Both the position numbers and the translations under genes were made by a program. DNA of 64,000 nt, from contig OZ244052.1 of assembly GCA_965215125.1 (NCBI GenBank), forward strand, positions 192,001 to 256,000. Direction: 5' to 3'. The notes beneath the pieces were generated by a model, which was not told the origin of the DNA, made no database searches, and saw only the letters and a program-made list of their open reading frames with translations. Positions within the stretch are counted from its first letter, which is position 1, and every line of letters starts with the position of its first letter. Positions 20,211-30,566 of this stretch are shown piece after piece. Source of the DNA: an uncultured candidatus Porisulfidus sp. (GTDB taxonomy: Bacteria > Pseudomonadota > Gammaproteobacteria > Poriferisulfidales > Oxydemutatoraceae).

Positions 20211-23200
20211 TCAACGGGTGGGTCTATATTCTATTCTAAGGCCTAAAATACCCGGGACACTTTTTATGCTTTCAAACATCTCTTTGCTAGGTTCCACTTT
20301 ACACGATTCGGATAGCACCATTCTGGTTTCGGCATCGGCATTACGAAATATGATATAAACCTTGCATCCTCCGGAGGGCTTCATAAATGGTTGCATCGAT
20401 GCAACCAGTTTATCGACCAACTCGGCTTTTGGAGATGAATCATCCAGACTGCCGGTATCCCATACGATGCTAAGATTTTTAGCAAACGATTGTTCGGCTT
20501 GCTCGAGCGTCATGATTCTTGAAGCTCGCCAGCGATCGTTTTTATTTTGAATATCGTAAGCCGCTTTATACACACCGACGACAACGATATCTTTATAAGA
20601 GAGCTTGTCTTTGCAGTTCTTATAATCGTTATCGAAGAGCGATAAATTGAGTCTATCGGTGCCGTCGTCGAGCGTGAAAAATGCAGCCGATTTCCCCTTT
20701 TTCTCTTTTTGCTCTTCGGATCCGTTATTTTGCCGGTTCGGAGATCTTCTATAAACAACCTTATGCTTAACCTTGTCCAATGTACCGGCAAGCCAAACCG
20801 CTTCTTTAGGGTCGTGCCTCGATGTTCTGATTGCTTGCTTGAAGTCATTGAGACTTTGATAATCAACGATGTTTTTTATTTTGTCGCTACATCTTGAAAC
20901 AGGATGTGCCGTCATATAAAAACCCAAACTGTTTTTTTCTTTCTCTAATAGTTGCGCTTCGGTTATAGTCTCGGTATTTTTATCGGGCATCTCGGAGACG
21001 GTATACGAAGCGTGCGTCTCGCCGAAGATACTCGCTTGACCCGCCTCGTTATCCCGGAAAGTTTTATCCGCCAAATCATAGACACTTTCCAGAGATTGCA
21101 GTGCCGAGGCTCTATCGGGTTCTATCTTATCAAAGGCACCGACCGATATTAGCAATTCGATTGTATTAGTTCTGAGTTTCGGCACGAGGCGGCGGCAAAA
21201 GTCCGTCAAAGATCGATAATCTCCTTCAGCTTCGCGTTCGTCTACGATGACTTTGATCATCTCATAGCCGACTTGGCGTATTGCGCCCAAGCCATAGAGT
21301 ATTTTCCCTTCTTCTATTTCCTTAAATTCGTAGTCCGAGCGGTTGATATCGGGCGGCACTATCGTCAATCCCAAGTTGCGACACTCACTCAGCAAATCTA
21401 TAATTTTGTCGGTATCCGACATCTCCGATGTCAATACCGCTGCCATAAAAGCACCGCCATAATTGCTCTTGAGCCAAGCGGTCTGATAGGCTACGAGTGC
21501 ATAAACAACCGAATGTGATTTATTGAAACCGTAATCGGCAAAATGGTCTATCAAACCAAAAAGTTTGGTTGCAACGCCGCGAGTCACACCGTTTGCCATC
21601 GCACCATCGACAAAAATTGCTCGCTGCTCCGCCATTTCTTCGGGAATTTTCTTACTCATTGCACGTCGCAAAATATCGGCTTCACCCAAAGTATAACCGG
21701 CGAGTACTCTCGCAATCTGCATAACCTGCTCTTGATACAAAATGACACCGTAGCTGGTACTTAATATCGGTTCTAATAACGGGTGTTGGTATTCGAATTC
21801 CTCACCGTGCTTACGGTTCGCATAGCTGTCGCCCATGCCGGCTTGCAACGGGCCCGGACGGTAGAGCGCAACGAGGGCGATGATATCTTCAAATTTATCG
21901 GGTTTTAATTTTTTGATTAAACGACGCATGCCATCCGACTCCAGCTGAAACACTGCAATTGTTTCGGCATTTTTCAACAAGCGATACGTCTTAAGGTCGT
22001 CCAACGGTATTTGCGAGATTTCGGGAACCGAGATACCGCGACGCTGAAGGTTCGCCAAAGTTTTGTTGATAATGGTTAAAGTTTTAAGCCCTAGAAAATC
22101 AAACTTCACCAAGCCTACTTTTTCTATATCTTTCATATCAAAGTGCGTTGCGGCATTTGGATGGTCGGCTTCTTTGTATAACGCAGTGTAATAGGTTAGC
22201 GGAGCGGGTGCGATGACTATACCGCCGGCGTGTTGGCCGACATTTCTAACCAAATTTTCTATATCCAAAGCACGATCAAACACCCTTTTGACTCTCGCTT
22301 CGTTATCGTAGCGTTTTTTCAGTTCGGGAGATTCTTCAAGGGCTTCGCTTAATTTGATATTCAAGCGCGACGGTATCAGCTTGACGATGTCGTCGCCCAG
22401 ACCGTAAGCATAGCCCAGCACGCGGGTCACATCGCGTATCGCCGCCTTAGCCCCTAGACTGCCGAAAGTGATAATCTGACCGACATTGTCTCGCCCGTAT
22501 CGCTCGACGACATATTGGATGACGCGATCCCGACCTTCTATGCAAAAATCAACATCCAAATCCGGCAACGATATGCGGTCGGGATTTAGAAAACGCTCAA
22601 AAAGCAGGTCGTATTTCAGAGGATCTATCTCGGTAATCCCCAACGCATAAGCGACCAAAGACCCTGCTCCCGAACCTCGCCCCGGACCGACCGGAATGTC
22701 GTTACGTCTGGCCCATAGGATAAAATCGGCAACGATTAGAAAATAACCTTCATAACCCATATCACTAATTACTTTCAGTTCTGCTTCCAGACGCTCGGTG
22801 TATGCGGCTTGATCCAAGTCGATATTTTTATCCAAGTAGTCCTTCAAACCTACGGAGGCATCCTGTCTTAGCTTATCTTCTACACTAATCTGCGCTTCCA
22901 TGGGAAAAGACGGTAAGTGTGTTTGCCCTAATTGAAGTTCTAGGGTACAGCGTTTCGCTATTTCTATACTGTTTCGTATCGCACTCGGTATGTCCTTGAA
23001 TGTTGCCGCCATCTCGTCGGCACTTTTGAGATATTGTTCGGGGCTGTATAAATCTTGTTGACGATGTTTATCGTTCAGAGTACGACCTTCGGCAATACAA
23101 ACCTTAATTTCGTGCGAATTAAAATCTTCTTTGTTCAAAAAACATACATCGTTGCTGGCAACCACCGGCAACGCCGCCCGTTTAGCCAATTTGATTGCCT

Positions 23201-23744
23201 TTGCCACATAATCGCTCTCGTTTTTTCGTTGGGTGTACTGGAGCTCCACATAAAAGCGATCTTTGAATACCGAAGTCCAAAATTCCACCAAGCGATCCAC
23301 CTGTAGGGACTCGTTTTTCAATAACGCCTGTGCGAGCGCACCTCGCAATGCACCCGAGAGTACCAACAACCCCTCGTTGTAACGTTCTAAATCCTCCCGT
23401 TTTACCGCAACTTTTGTGTCTCCGTGATTTGCCAGATAGGCGGTGGAAACCAAACGTGTTAGATTGCGGTAGCCGCGTTCATCCAAACATAGAACAACGC
23501 ATTGATCTCCGGCGGGTGCGGCGGCATCCGCGTGTATAGATAATTCGCATCCGATAATCGGTTTTATTCGGTGTTCAATCGCTTGAGTGTAAAACTTGAT
23601 TACCGCAAAAAGATTATTGGCATCGCTTATTGCAACCGCCGGAAGTTGCATTGCATTGGCTTTTTCAAAAAGCGCAGGTATACGCAATACACTGTCCTTA
23701 ATAGAGTACTCGGTATGTAAATGTAAGTGTACAAACTGGTTCAT
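20211..23744 (-). CDS. dnaE: DNA polymerase III alpha subunit
   Basis: FVHLHLHTEYS PHP domain, GPGRGSGAGSLVAY, PDLDVDF, KFDFLGL and YGFNKSHS motifs. Confidence 0.98.
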   Translation of the reverse strand: MNQFVHLHLHTEYSIKDSVLRIPALFEKANAMQLPAVAISDANNLFAVIKFYTQAIEHRIKPIIGCELSIHADAAAPAGDQCVVLCLDERGYRNLTRLVSTAYLANHGDTKVAVKREDLERYNEGLLVLSGALRGALAQALLKNESLQVDRLVEFWTSVFKDRFYVELQYTQRKNESDYVAKAIKLAKRAALPVVASNDVCFLNKEDFNSHEIKVCIAEGRTLNDKHRQQDLYSPEQYLKSADEMAATFKDIPSAIRNSIEIAKRCTLELQLGQTHLPSFPMEAQISVEDKLRQDASVGLKDYLDKNIDLDQAAYTERLEAELKVISDMGYEGYFLIVADFILWARRNDIPVGPGRGSGAGSLVAYALGITEIDPLKYDLLFERFLNPDRISLPDLDVDFCIEGRDRVIQYVVERYGRDNVGQIITFGSLGAKAAIRDVTRVLGYAYGLGDDIVKLIPSRLNIKLSEALEESPELKKRYDNEARVKRVFDRALDIENLVRNVGQHAGGIVIAPAPLTYYTALYKEADHPNAATHFDMKDIEKVGLVKFDFLGLKTLTIINKTLANLQRRGISVPEISQIPLDDLKTYRLLKNAETIAVFQLESDGMRRLIKKLKPDKFEDIIALVALYRPGPLQAGMGDSYANRKHGEEFEYQHPLLEPILSTSYGVILYQEQVMQIARVLAGYTLGEADILRRAMSKKIPEEMAEQRAIFVDGAMANGVTRGVATKLFGLIDHFADYGFNKSHSVVYALVAYQTAWLKSNYGGAFMAAVLTSEMSDTDKIIDLLSECRNLGLTIVPPDINRSDYEFKEIEEGKILYGLGAIRQVGYEMIKVIVDEREAEGDYRSLTDFCRRLVPKLRTNTIELLISVGAFDKIEPDRASALQSLESVYDLADKTFRDNEAGQASIFGETHASYTVSEMPDKNTETITEAQLLEKEKNSLGFYMTAHPVSRCSDKIKNIVDYQSLNDFKQAIRTSRHDPKEAVWLAGTLDKVKHKVVYRRSPNRQNNGSEEQKEKKGKSAAFFTLDDGTDRLNLSLFDNDYKNCKDKLSYKDIVVVGVYKAAYDIQNKNDRWRASRIMTLEQAEQSFAKNLSIVWDTGSLDDSSPKAELVDKLVASMQPFMKPSGGCKVYIIFRNADAETRMVLSESCKVEPSKEMFESIKSVPGILGLRIEYRPTR

Positions 23745-23771
23745 AATCAATATCCGATGTTTTTTGTCGGT

Positions 23772-24422
23772 TCACAATTCGTTTCTCTCGTCCAAGGGCA
23801 GCGACACTTGAGTAATCGCTTCGCGCACTTTAACCCAACTCATTCTATGCAAAGCGCAACTACCGTGGTTCGTTAGTGCGAGCTTGTGCTTGCGGGTTGC
23901 ATAGCCTTTGTGTTCGGCAAAATGATACGACGGATATTTATCCGCCAACAGTCGCATCTGCCGATCCCGCGTTGTTTTAGCCAAAATAGAGGCTGCTGCA
24001 ATACACGTCGTTCGGTCATCTCCGGCAATAATCGCATTGCACGGAATATCGCTTTGCGGACAACGATTACCGTCTATCAATACGCGCTGCGGTTTAGGAT
24101 CTAAACCTTCTATCGCCCTTTGCATCGCCAGCAGCGTTGCGTTGAGTATGTTTACGCGATCTATTTCATCGCTATCGGCACTGCCTATAGCCCAAGCACG
24201 CGCACTGTCTTTGATTTTATCGGCAAGATACTCGCGGCGAGCCGGCGATAACTTTTTCGAGTCTACGCAACCGTCTATGGTTTGCTCGGAAGCCAAAATA
24301 ACCGCAGCGGCAACCACCGGTCCCGCCAAAGCACCGCGTCCCGCTTCATCTACACCGGCGATATAGGTCTCGGCGAAGCGCGGGATCGCTTGATGCCTCA
24401 AGATAACATTCTTATAATTCAC
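23772..24422 (-). CDS. rnhB: Ribonuclease HII
   Basis: GVDEAGRG, DSKKLS, IAAASILAK and HKGY motifs. Precedes dnaE. Confidence 0.97.
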   Translation of the reverse strand: MNYKNVILRHQAIPRFAETYIAGVDEAGRGALAGPVVAAAVILASEQTIDGCVDSKKLSPARREYLADKIKDSARAWAIGSADSDEIDRVNILNATLLAMQRAIEGLDPKPQRVLIDGNRCPQSDIPCNAIIAGDDRTTCIAAASILAKTTRDRQMRLLADKYPSYHFAEHKGYATRKHKLALTNHGSCALHRMSWVKVREAITQVSLPLDERNEL

Positions 24423-24518
24423 GGTTTATTCTTGCGTTTTTTGTATTGGCAAGAAACTATTATAATGCGTTCACCCATTTAATTTATGATTACATAATAA
24501 CCACCCGTAGAGGCGACC

Positions 24519-24590
24519 ATTCCCCTCCACAGGAGGGGAATTAACCACCCCGTCAGGCACAGCCTGCCACCCCTCCACAGGAGGGGAATG
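24519..24590. repeat. Family B REP-like element with two CCCCTCC-N3-GGAGGGG palindromes
   Basis: TTCCCCTCCACAGGAGGGGAA...CCACCCCGTCAGGCACAGCCTGCCACCCCTCCACAGGAGGGGAA. Confidence 0.75.
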
Positions 24591-24598
24591 TACTGTCT

Positions 24599-24892
24599 CT
24601 ACGGATGATAATCGTAATAATTTTTTGCCAGATATTCTACGACGATGTGCGTTTGTTTTTCGCTCCAATCGAGTTTGAGTTGATCTTTACAATAACGCAC
24701 ACGCTGTTTCAATTCTTCGTAATTTTTAGCAAGGCGATCCTTGCGTGTATATAAAACTTTTGCGTCACCGCTTACCATTTGCTCGTGACAAGCAACACAT
24801 TCGGCGTTATAGTGCGGTGGTATGTTATCGTTTGCGGCTACGGCTACATTGAGTGCGGAGCATATAATCGCACAAAGAATTTTTTTAATCAT
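24599..24892 (-). CDS. Small periplasmic monoheme c-type cytochrome
   Basis: Signal peptide, CVACH heme motif, YTRKDR...L...V..C pattern. Confidence 0.8.
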   Translation of the reverse strand: MIKKILCAIICSALNVAVAANDNIPPHYNAECVACHEQMVSGDAKVLYTRKDRLAKNYEELKQRVRYCKDQLKLDWSEKQTHIVVEYLAKNYYDYHP

Positions 24893-24918
24893 TGCTTTTT
24901 CATTTATAATGAATCTTT

Positions 24919-25476
24919 ATGGCGGTTGATAAGTTTAACCTAATTTGGATAGATCTTGAAATGACGGGTCTAGATTGTTTCTCTGATTATATAATAGAGA
25001 TTGCAACTATAATCACGGACAAAGCATTAGATATTATTGAAGAAGGACCGGCACTGGTGATTTACCAGTCCGAAAATATACTTGAACAGATGGATAAGTG
25101 GAACAAAAAACACCATACCGCTTCGGGCTTGTTGGACGAGGTCAGACAAAGTGATATCGGCATCGCGGAAGCCGAAGCACAAACGCTCGAATTTCTAAAG
25201 AAACACATTTCCGCGAATTGCTCCCCGATGTGCGGCAACAGTATATGCCAAGATCGCCGCTTTCTAGCTCGCCTGATGCCCGAACTCGAAAGATTTTTCC
25301 ATTACAGAAATTTGGATGTCAGCACACTCAAAGAATTGGCCTCTCGCTGGGCTCCTGATGTCGTCTATCAAAGTAATACAGTTACCAGCCATCGCGCAAA
25401 ACAAGATATCTACGGCTCTATAGAGGAACTCAAGCATTATAGAGAACATTTTATACAAGCAACCGCGAGTACTTGA
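24919..25476 (+). CDS. orn: Oligoribonuclease
   Basis: LIWIDLEMTGLD, CGNSICQDRRFL and FHYRNLDVSTLKEL motifs. Confidence 0.97.
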   Translation: MAVDKFNLIWIDLEMTGLDCFSDYIIEIATIITDKALDIIEEGPALVIYQSENILEQMDKWNKKHHTASGLLDEVRQSDIGIAEAEAQTLEFLKKHISANCSPMCGNSICQDRRFLARLMPELERFFHYRNLDVSTLKELASRWAPDVVYQSNTVTSHRAKQDIYGSIEELKHYREHFIQATAST

Positions 25477-25929
25477 TTGATGCAAAACGAGGCAAATAAA
25501 ACATTTTGGTGGCGTAAGCGGGCAACCGTCATACAATGCAAAGACGGTTTTGCAACGGTGCGCATGCACGCCGACAACGACGGTTGTGAAGGCTGTGGCG
25601 GATTTAAGCAAAATATCTGCGCACTTTATACTTTTGGTTCCATTTTTTCACGGCATCGCGATATTTGGCAAGTGCCCACGAAGCATCTTTTTGAAAGCGG
25701 AACCGAAGTGCAACTTGCCGTTCATTCGGATATCTTGCTAAAAATTGCTGCATTTTGCTACGGCTTACCCGTAGCAATACTAGTCATTACTGCGACTGTC
25801 ACTCATTTGCTGTTAGGCATAGAATGGCTAACCGCCTTAATAGGACTGGGTAGCGTCGCTGCCTCGTATCTATGGATAAAACGGTGGCTGTTTTCTCTTG
25901 ACTTATTCGGCATTCAGTTAACCCGATGA
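25477..25929 (+). CDS. rseC: RseC/MucC family membrane protein
   Basis: CxxC....C cluster, YGLP followed by two TM segments, directly upstream of degP/mucD. Confidence 0.7.
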   Translation: MMQNEANKTFWWRKRATVIQCKDGFATVRMHADNDGCEGCGGFKQNICALYTFGSIFSRHRDIWQVPTKHLFESGTEVQLAVHSDILLKIAAFCYGLPVAILVITATVTHLLLGIEWLTALIGLGSVAASYLWIKRWLFSLDLFGIQLTR

Positions 25930-27314
25930 CCCGATATTTATATATCCTTATTGCCGTTCTAATCTGCCCACCGCTATCGGCACAGACTGCGCTACCGGAT
26001 TTCTCCGAGCTCGCCGAGCGCGCAGCACCGGCAGTCGTCAATATCAGCGTTATCAATAAACCTCGCAAAAGAACACTTAAAAAACCAGAAGAGTTTCCCG
26101 ATAATATCCCATGGGAAGACTTTATAGAAAAATTCATGCCACCCGATGAAATACCGCAACCGCCCAATAAAAATTCGGTAGGATCGGGTTTCATCATCAG
26201 CTCCGACGGAGAAATTATTAGCAACTATCATGTCGTCAAAGATGCAGATCAAATCATTGTCAAATTAAACGACCGTCGCGAGATGGGCGCCGAGGTTATA
26301 GGCTTTGACGAACTCAGCGATGTTGTGCTTTTGAAAATAGATGCCGAGAATTTACCAACCCTCGCGATGGGGTCATCCGAGTCCTTAAAAGTCGGACAAT
26401 GGGTGCTTGCCATCGGTGCGCCTTTCGGCTTTGATTATACGGTTACCGCCGGCATCGTCAGTGCCAAAGGGCGTAGCTTGCCGGACAGCAACTATGTACC
26501 TTTCCTGCAGACCGATGTTGCGATTAATCCGGGTAACTCGGGTGGCCCGTTGTTCAATTTAGACGGCGAGGTCGTCGGCATCAATTCTCAAATTTATAGC
26601 CGAACCGGCAGTTATTCCGGTTTATCCTTCGCGGTGCCTATAGACCTCGCACTCAATATAGTCGAGCAATTAAAAGATACCGGTGAAGTCGTGCGCGGTT
26701 GGCTGGGCATCTATATACAAGAAATCACCGGCGACCTATCCGAATCTTTTAATCTAGACAGACCCATAGGCGCATTGGTCAGTCGCGTCATCAAAGACAG
26801 TCCGGCGGAGAAAGCCGGTATAGAAGTAGGCGATATCGTATTGCGTTTCAACGATATGGAGATTGAGTCTTCCTCTATGCTACCGCCTATGGTCGGTAGT
26901 GTGTCGGCAGGAGAGGAAGCGATTGTAGAAATACTGCGAGACGATCAAATAATCGATATAGAAGTCACGATTGAACGGCTACCCTCGGATTCGACTGTAG
27001 CAATGGGTGCAAATATAAAACCCCAAAACTCCGAGATACTCGGCATGACATTGGAGGAACTGGATTCGGAACAAAGAGAAAAACCAAACTTCAAGGAAGG
27101 CGGTTTGGTTGTAAAGAGTATAGAAGACGGTGATGCCAAAAAAGCAGGCATACAAGAAGGCGATATATTGATTATGCTGAACAACCAACGTTTTGAAACA
27201 GTAGAACAGTTTGAAGAAATCGTAGACGAACTCCCCAAAGATCGTTTTGTTGCGTTGCTGGTAATCAGAGGTAGTGAAAATCCGTTGTTTATCGCACTGA
27301 AATTGTCCGACTAA
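25926..27314 (+). CDS. DegP/DegQ (MucD-like) periplasmic serine protease with 2 PDZ domains
   Basis: GSGFII, NYHVV, QTDVAINPGNSGGPL motifs and two PDZ-like regions. Confidence 0.95.
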   Translation: MTRYLYILIAVLICPPLSAQTALPDFSELAERAAPAVVNISVINKPRKRTLKKPEEFPDNIPWEDFIEKFMPPDEIPQPPNKNSVGSGFIISSDGEIISNYHVVKDADQIIVKLNDRREMGAEVIGFDELSDVVLLKIDAENLPTLAMGSSESLKVGQWVLAIGAPFGFDYTVTAGIVSAKGRSLPDSNYVPFLQTDVAINPGNSGGPLFNLDGEVVGINSQIYSRTGSYSGLSFAVPIDLALNIVEQLKDTGEVVRGWLGIYIQEITGDLSESFNLDRPIGALVSRVIKDSPAEKAGIEVGDIVLRFNDMEIESSSMLPPMVGSVSAGEEAIVEILRDDQIIDIEVTIERLPSDSTVAMGANIKPQNSEILGMTLEELDSEQREKPNFKEGGLVVKSIEDGDAKKAGIQEGDILIMLNNQRFETVEQFEEIVDELPKDRFVALLVIRGSENPLFIALKLSD

Positions 27315-27322
27315 GATAAGCC

Positions 27323-28126
27323 ATGCGTGTCGGTTTTTTGAAAATAATTTTCTTATTCGTGATACTCACATTCATTCTATGTTCACAAGCACAAGCACAA
27401 AAGAACCGTCCACAGAATGAGCAGACGAAACAGATGCAACAAATACCGGCGACCGCCGATAAAAGCGTAGAAAATTATCATCGGCGAGGCATCGTGACGG
27501 CCAAAAACCGATTGAAAATAAATAGTCAAATAAGTGCAGCCGTCTCTAAATTACATACCGAAGAAGGTGCACAATTCAAGAAAAACGACTTGCTGATCGA
27601 GTTTGATTGCTCTATAGAACGCGCCGCACTTGAGGAAGCCAGACTCTCGCATGAAGTTGCAAAGTTTGACTATGATAAAAAACAACGCGAAGCCGAAGAG
27701 ATGCCGGTATCACCACAATCTTTGGAATTACTAAAACTGAAAACCGAACTTGCACTGACAAAACTTAACCATATACGCGAGCGTACGAAAAACTGCCGAT
27801 TACTCGCCCCGTTTGCCGGGCGCGTTCTCAAAATACTGGTGCGTGAATACGAAACCTCCGCCGCACTCGCACCGGTTATGGAAGTCGTCGATAATCAGCC
27901 TTTTTATTTCCGAGTCTTTTTGCCGTGGAAATGGCTGAAAAAACTCTCAATCGGCGATCCGGTAAAAGTTGATATAATGGGTAAAAACTACCCTGCCGAG
28001 CTAGCCGATTTATCACAGGAAGTTGATCCGCTTGACCAGAGCGTTAAGGCTTTGCTCAAATTCAAATCACAGGATGGATTGAAACTAGGCATGAATGGTA
28101 TTGCAAAATTCAATGTACTGAAGTAA
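27323..28126 (+). CDS. HlyD/RND-type periplasmic adaptor protein
   Basis: Lipoyl-like halves (EGAQFKKNDLLIEFDC; LLAPFAGRV) flanking a coiled coil, plus VDPLDQSV. Confidence 0.75.
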   Translation: MRVGFLKIIFLFVILTFILCSQAQAQKNRPQNEQTKQMQQIPATADKSVENYHRRGIVTAKNRLKINSQISAAVSKLHTEEGAQFKKNDLLIEFDCSIERAALEEARLSHEVAKFDYDKKQREAEEMPVSPQSLELLKLKTELALTKLNHIRERTKNCRLLAPFAGRVLKILVREYETSAALAPVMEVVDNQPFYFRVFLPWKWLKKLSIGDPVKVDIMGKNYPAELADLSQEVDPLDQSVKALLKFKSQDGLKLGMNGIAKFNVLK

Positions 28127-28139
28127 AAATAAGCAGACG

Positions 28140-29024
28140 ATGAAATTACCCGAACTTAAAGCACAACACTACGAACTACTGTGGATAGGCCTCGTTTCGA
28201 TAGTTGTCCTCGTCTCAATCATTATCATAATAAAAGACGATTTATTCAAAGAAGGCGTTATAGAAGATAATTGGGAAATCGTCAACGATGAAACTTCCAG
28301 CCATAACGACAAAGTGGAAGCCCTGAAATACTTGCTGATACAAAAGGAGCCGGTCGGCGACAAACTTGACTTCTCCGTAGCGAAACATATTTTTCAGGGC
28401 ATAGATCTTTCACCCGAAACACTGGAAGCTAAAAAGGGTGTCGGCTTGGAACGTATATATCTTAAGCAGGTAAATCTCTCCGAGGTAAACTTGTCCGATG
28501 CAAACCTAAGCGATGCGGTTCTCTCCGAGGCAAATCTCACCGCCGCCCGTCTACACGATACAAACCTCACCGGTGCCGACCTCTCGGGAGCTAATCTATC
28601 GAGAGCAAACCTCTCCGGTGCAAACCTCTCGGGAGCGAACCTTAGCGGTGCCAATCTTTTTGCGACCGACCTCACCGCCGCCAATCTCAGCAATGCCGTT
28701 TTCTCCGATGCGAATCTTTTTGCCGTGAATTTTAGTGCAACAAATCTCGCCGATACGATACTAGACGAGGGAACGGTGATTGACCACCCATGGTCATGGG
28801 AATCTTCCGGCGAACAACATCCCGAAGCCTTCCTTCCGATAGGAATTCCTAAAAATTGGGAGACGGTTCTGAAGCCCGATTATCTATGCAAAACATATAG
28901 TAACCTTGTGAACATTGAGACTACAAAAAAGGAAATTAAACAAAAAATGGAAAAACGCTGTAGACCTTATGTGCCACCGCCACCACCGCCGGTAGAACCT
29001 CAACCCGACATTAGAACCCCCTGA
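28140..29024 (+). CDS. Membrane-anchored pentapeptide-repeat protein
   Basis: N-terminal TM, tandem A(N/D)LSG repeats, Pro-rich C-terminus. Confidence 0.85.
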   Translation: MKLPELKAQHYELLWIGLVSIVVLVSIIIIIKDDLFKEGVIEDNWEIVNDETSSHNDKVEALKYLLIQKEPVGDKLDFSVAKHIFQGIDLSPETLEAKKGVGLERIYLKQVNLSEVNLSDANLSDAVLSEANLTAARLHDTNLTGADLSGANLSRANLSGANLSGANLSGANLFATDLTAANLSNAVFSDANLFAVNFSATNLADTILDEGTVIDHPWSWESSGEQHPEAFLPIGIPKNWETVLKPDYLCKTYSNLVNIETTKKEIKQKMEKRCRPYVPPPPPPVEPQPDIRTP

Positions 29025-29170
29025 TTTGTCGGAACCATAGGGTGTCATTCTGCACCGACCCCATCATTCGCTCTACCCGATTATGGTTACCCCAAATTGG
29101 GTGTCGCAAGCCTTCCTCTACAACTCTTCGGAAATATTGAAGATAAAGCCAATGCGTTGTGGTACCGGGA

Positions 29171-29812
29171 TTATTTACCGATTTCCGCTTCTACTTCGGT
29201 CAGACTTTTACGAAAGGCAGGACGCTCAAAAACGCGCCTGGCATATTGACGGATCGGGCTACTGTTCTTTTTAGGCAGATCAACATTCAAGCTGGATAAA
29301 CGCCACAAGATAGGTGCTATGCTGCAATCCAGTATGCTGAATTCATCATCCCAGAAAAAACGATTTACTTTGAATGCGTCGGCATGGGCTATTAACATTT
29401 CTTGCATTGCTTTTTTCGCCGTGTTCGCTATTCTCCTGCTGGGCGACGACAATTTTTTCACTTGATTGTACCAGTCGTGTTCTAAGTGGTACATTGCCAT
29501 CCGAAAGTTGGCGCGTGAAATTGGATCGGGTGGAATCATCGGTGGATGCGGATAACGTTCATCTACATATTCCAATATAATACGCGGTTCGTATACGGTG
29601 ATGTCGCGATCGACCAGTGTAGGCACCGAGTTATAGGGATTGACCTCGGCAAGTTCCGGCGGTTTGTTGGTTCCGTCAACGATAATCGTTTCGTAATCAA
29701 GTTCTTTTTCGGCTAACAGAAAACGAACACGATGGCACTGCGGACACGAAGGCGCAGAATAGAGTTTTAGGGTAAATTGTCTATCGAGGAGCGAGTAGTT
29801 ATTTCTCGACAT
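29171..29812 (-). CDS. sspA: Stringent starvation protein A (GST fold)
   Basis: LYS...CHRVR..LAEK, NPYNSVPTLVDRD and EYVDERYPHPP motifs. Lies after petC. Confidence 0.93.
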   Translation of the reverse strand: MSRNNYSLLDRQFTLKLYSAPSCPQCHRVRFLLAEKELDYETIIVDGTNKPPELAEVNPYNSVPTLVDRDITVYEPRIILEYVDERYPHPPMIPPDPISRANFRMAMYHLEHDWYNQVKKLSSPSRRIANTAKKAMQEMLIAHADAFKVNRFFWDDEFSILDCSIAPILWRLSSLNVDLPKKNSSPIRQYARRVFERPAFRKSLTEVEAEIGK

Positions 29813-30566
29813 CTTTCCAGTATTCTTGTTTTAGCAAATAGACTACCGCCAATAAACCGAGCAAGAATAAAATAACCCAAATGCCGACACTTTGACGTTC
29901 CAGTTTTGCCGGCTCCGCCAGATAACTCAAAAAAGTAACTATGTCCCTGACCACTCTGTCGTACTCTTCCGCCGACAAAGTGCCGGGCTTGATCAATTCA
30001 AAATCGGCAATGATTTGTCTCTGGTTGCCGTTTTCATCGGTGATAGTCTCGTATACCGGCTTTTGCCAGCCTTGTAAATCCCACATTACATGCGGCATGG
30101 CAACATGCTGGAATATTGCGTTGTTGACTCCCATAGGGCGCGTGTCGTCCAAATAGAAAGCCTTGAGATAAGTATAGAGCCAGTCCTTGCCTCGTGCGCG
30201 AGAGACCAAGGTTAAGTCCGGCGGCACCGCGCCGAACCAACTACGCGCACCTGCGTCGGGCATCGACACCACCATCAAATCTCCGACTTTGCTGTCGGTG
30301 AATATAAAATCTTCTTTCACCAACTCTTCGCTCAACCCTAAATCGCGGCCGACCCATTTATAGCGCGCATAGCGAGAACTATGACAGCTTAAACAATAAT
30401 TGACAAAGTATTTTGCGCCGCGTTGTAGCGTGTTGCGGTTATGTATGTCTATTTCTATACTCTGCAACGGATACCCTTGCGAGACCGCTGCACCGACATT
30501 GGATGGCGTCGCCGGCAAAAATAGCACTGTCAATGCGACAAACGATAGACGAAAATGCCACCTCAT
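29799..30566 (-). CDS. petC: Cytochrome c1
   Basis: CLSCH, PPDLTL and MPHV motifs with a C-terminal TM. The ATG overlaps the petB stop (ATGA). Confidence 0.95.
   Translation of the reverse strand: MRWHFRLSFVALTVLFLPATPSNVGAAVSQGYPLQSIEIDIHNRNTLQRGAKYFVNYCLSCHSSRYARYKWVGRDLGLSEELVKEDFIFTDSKVGDLMVVSMPDAGARSWFGAVPPDLTLVSRARGKDWLYTYLKAFYLDDTRPMGVNNAIFQHVAMPHVMWDLQGWQKPVYETITDENGNQRQIIADFELIKPGTLSAEEYDRVVRDIVTFLSYLAEPAKLERQSVGIWVILFLLGLLAVVYLLKQEYWKDVEK

Noticed and set aside
19528-20358. ORFs overlapping 19.5-20.3 kb
   Set aside because: The region is explained by rnpB, repeats and tRNA-Thr.
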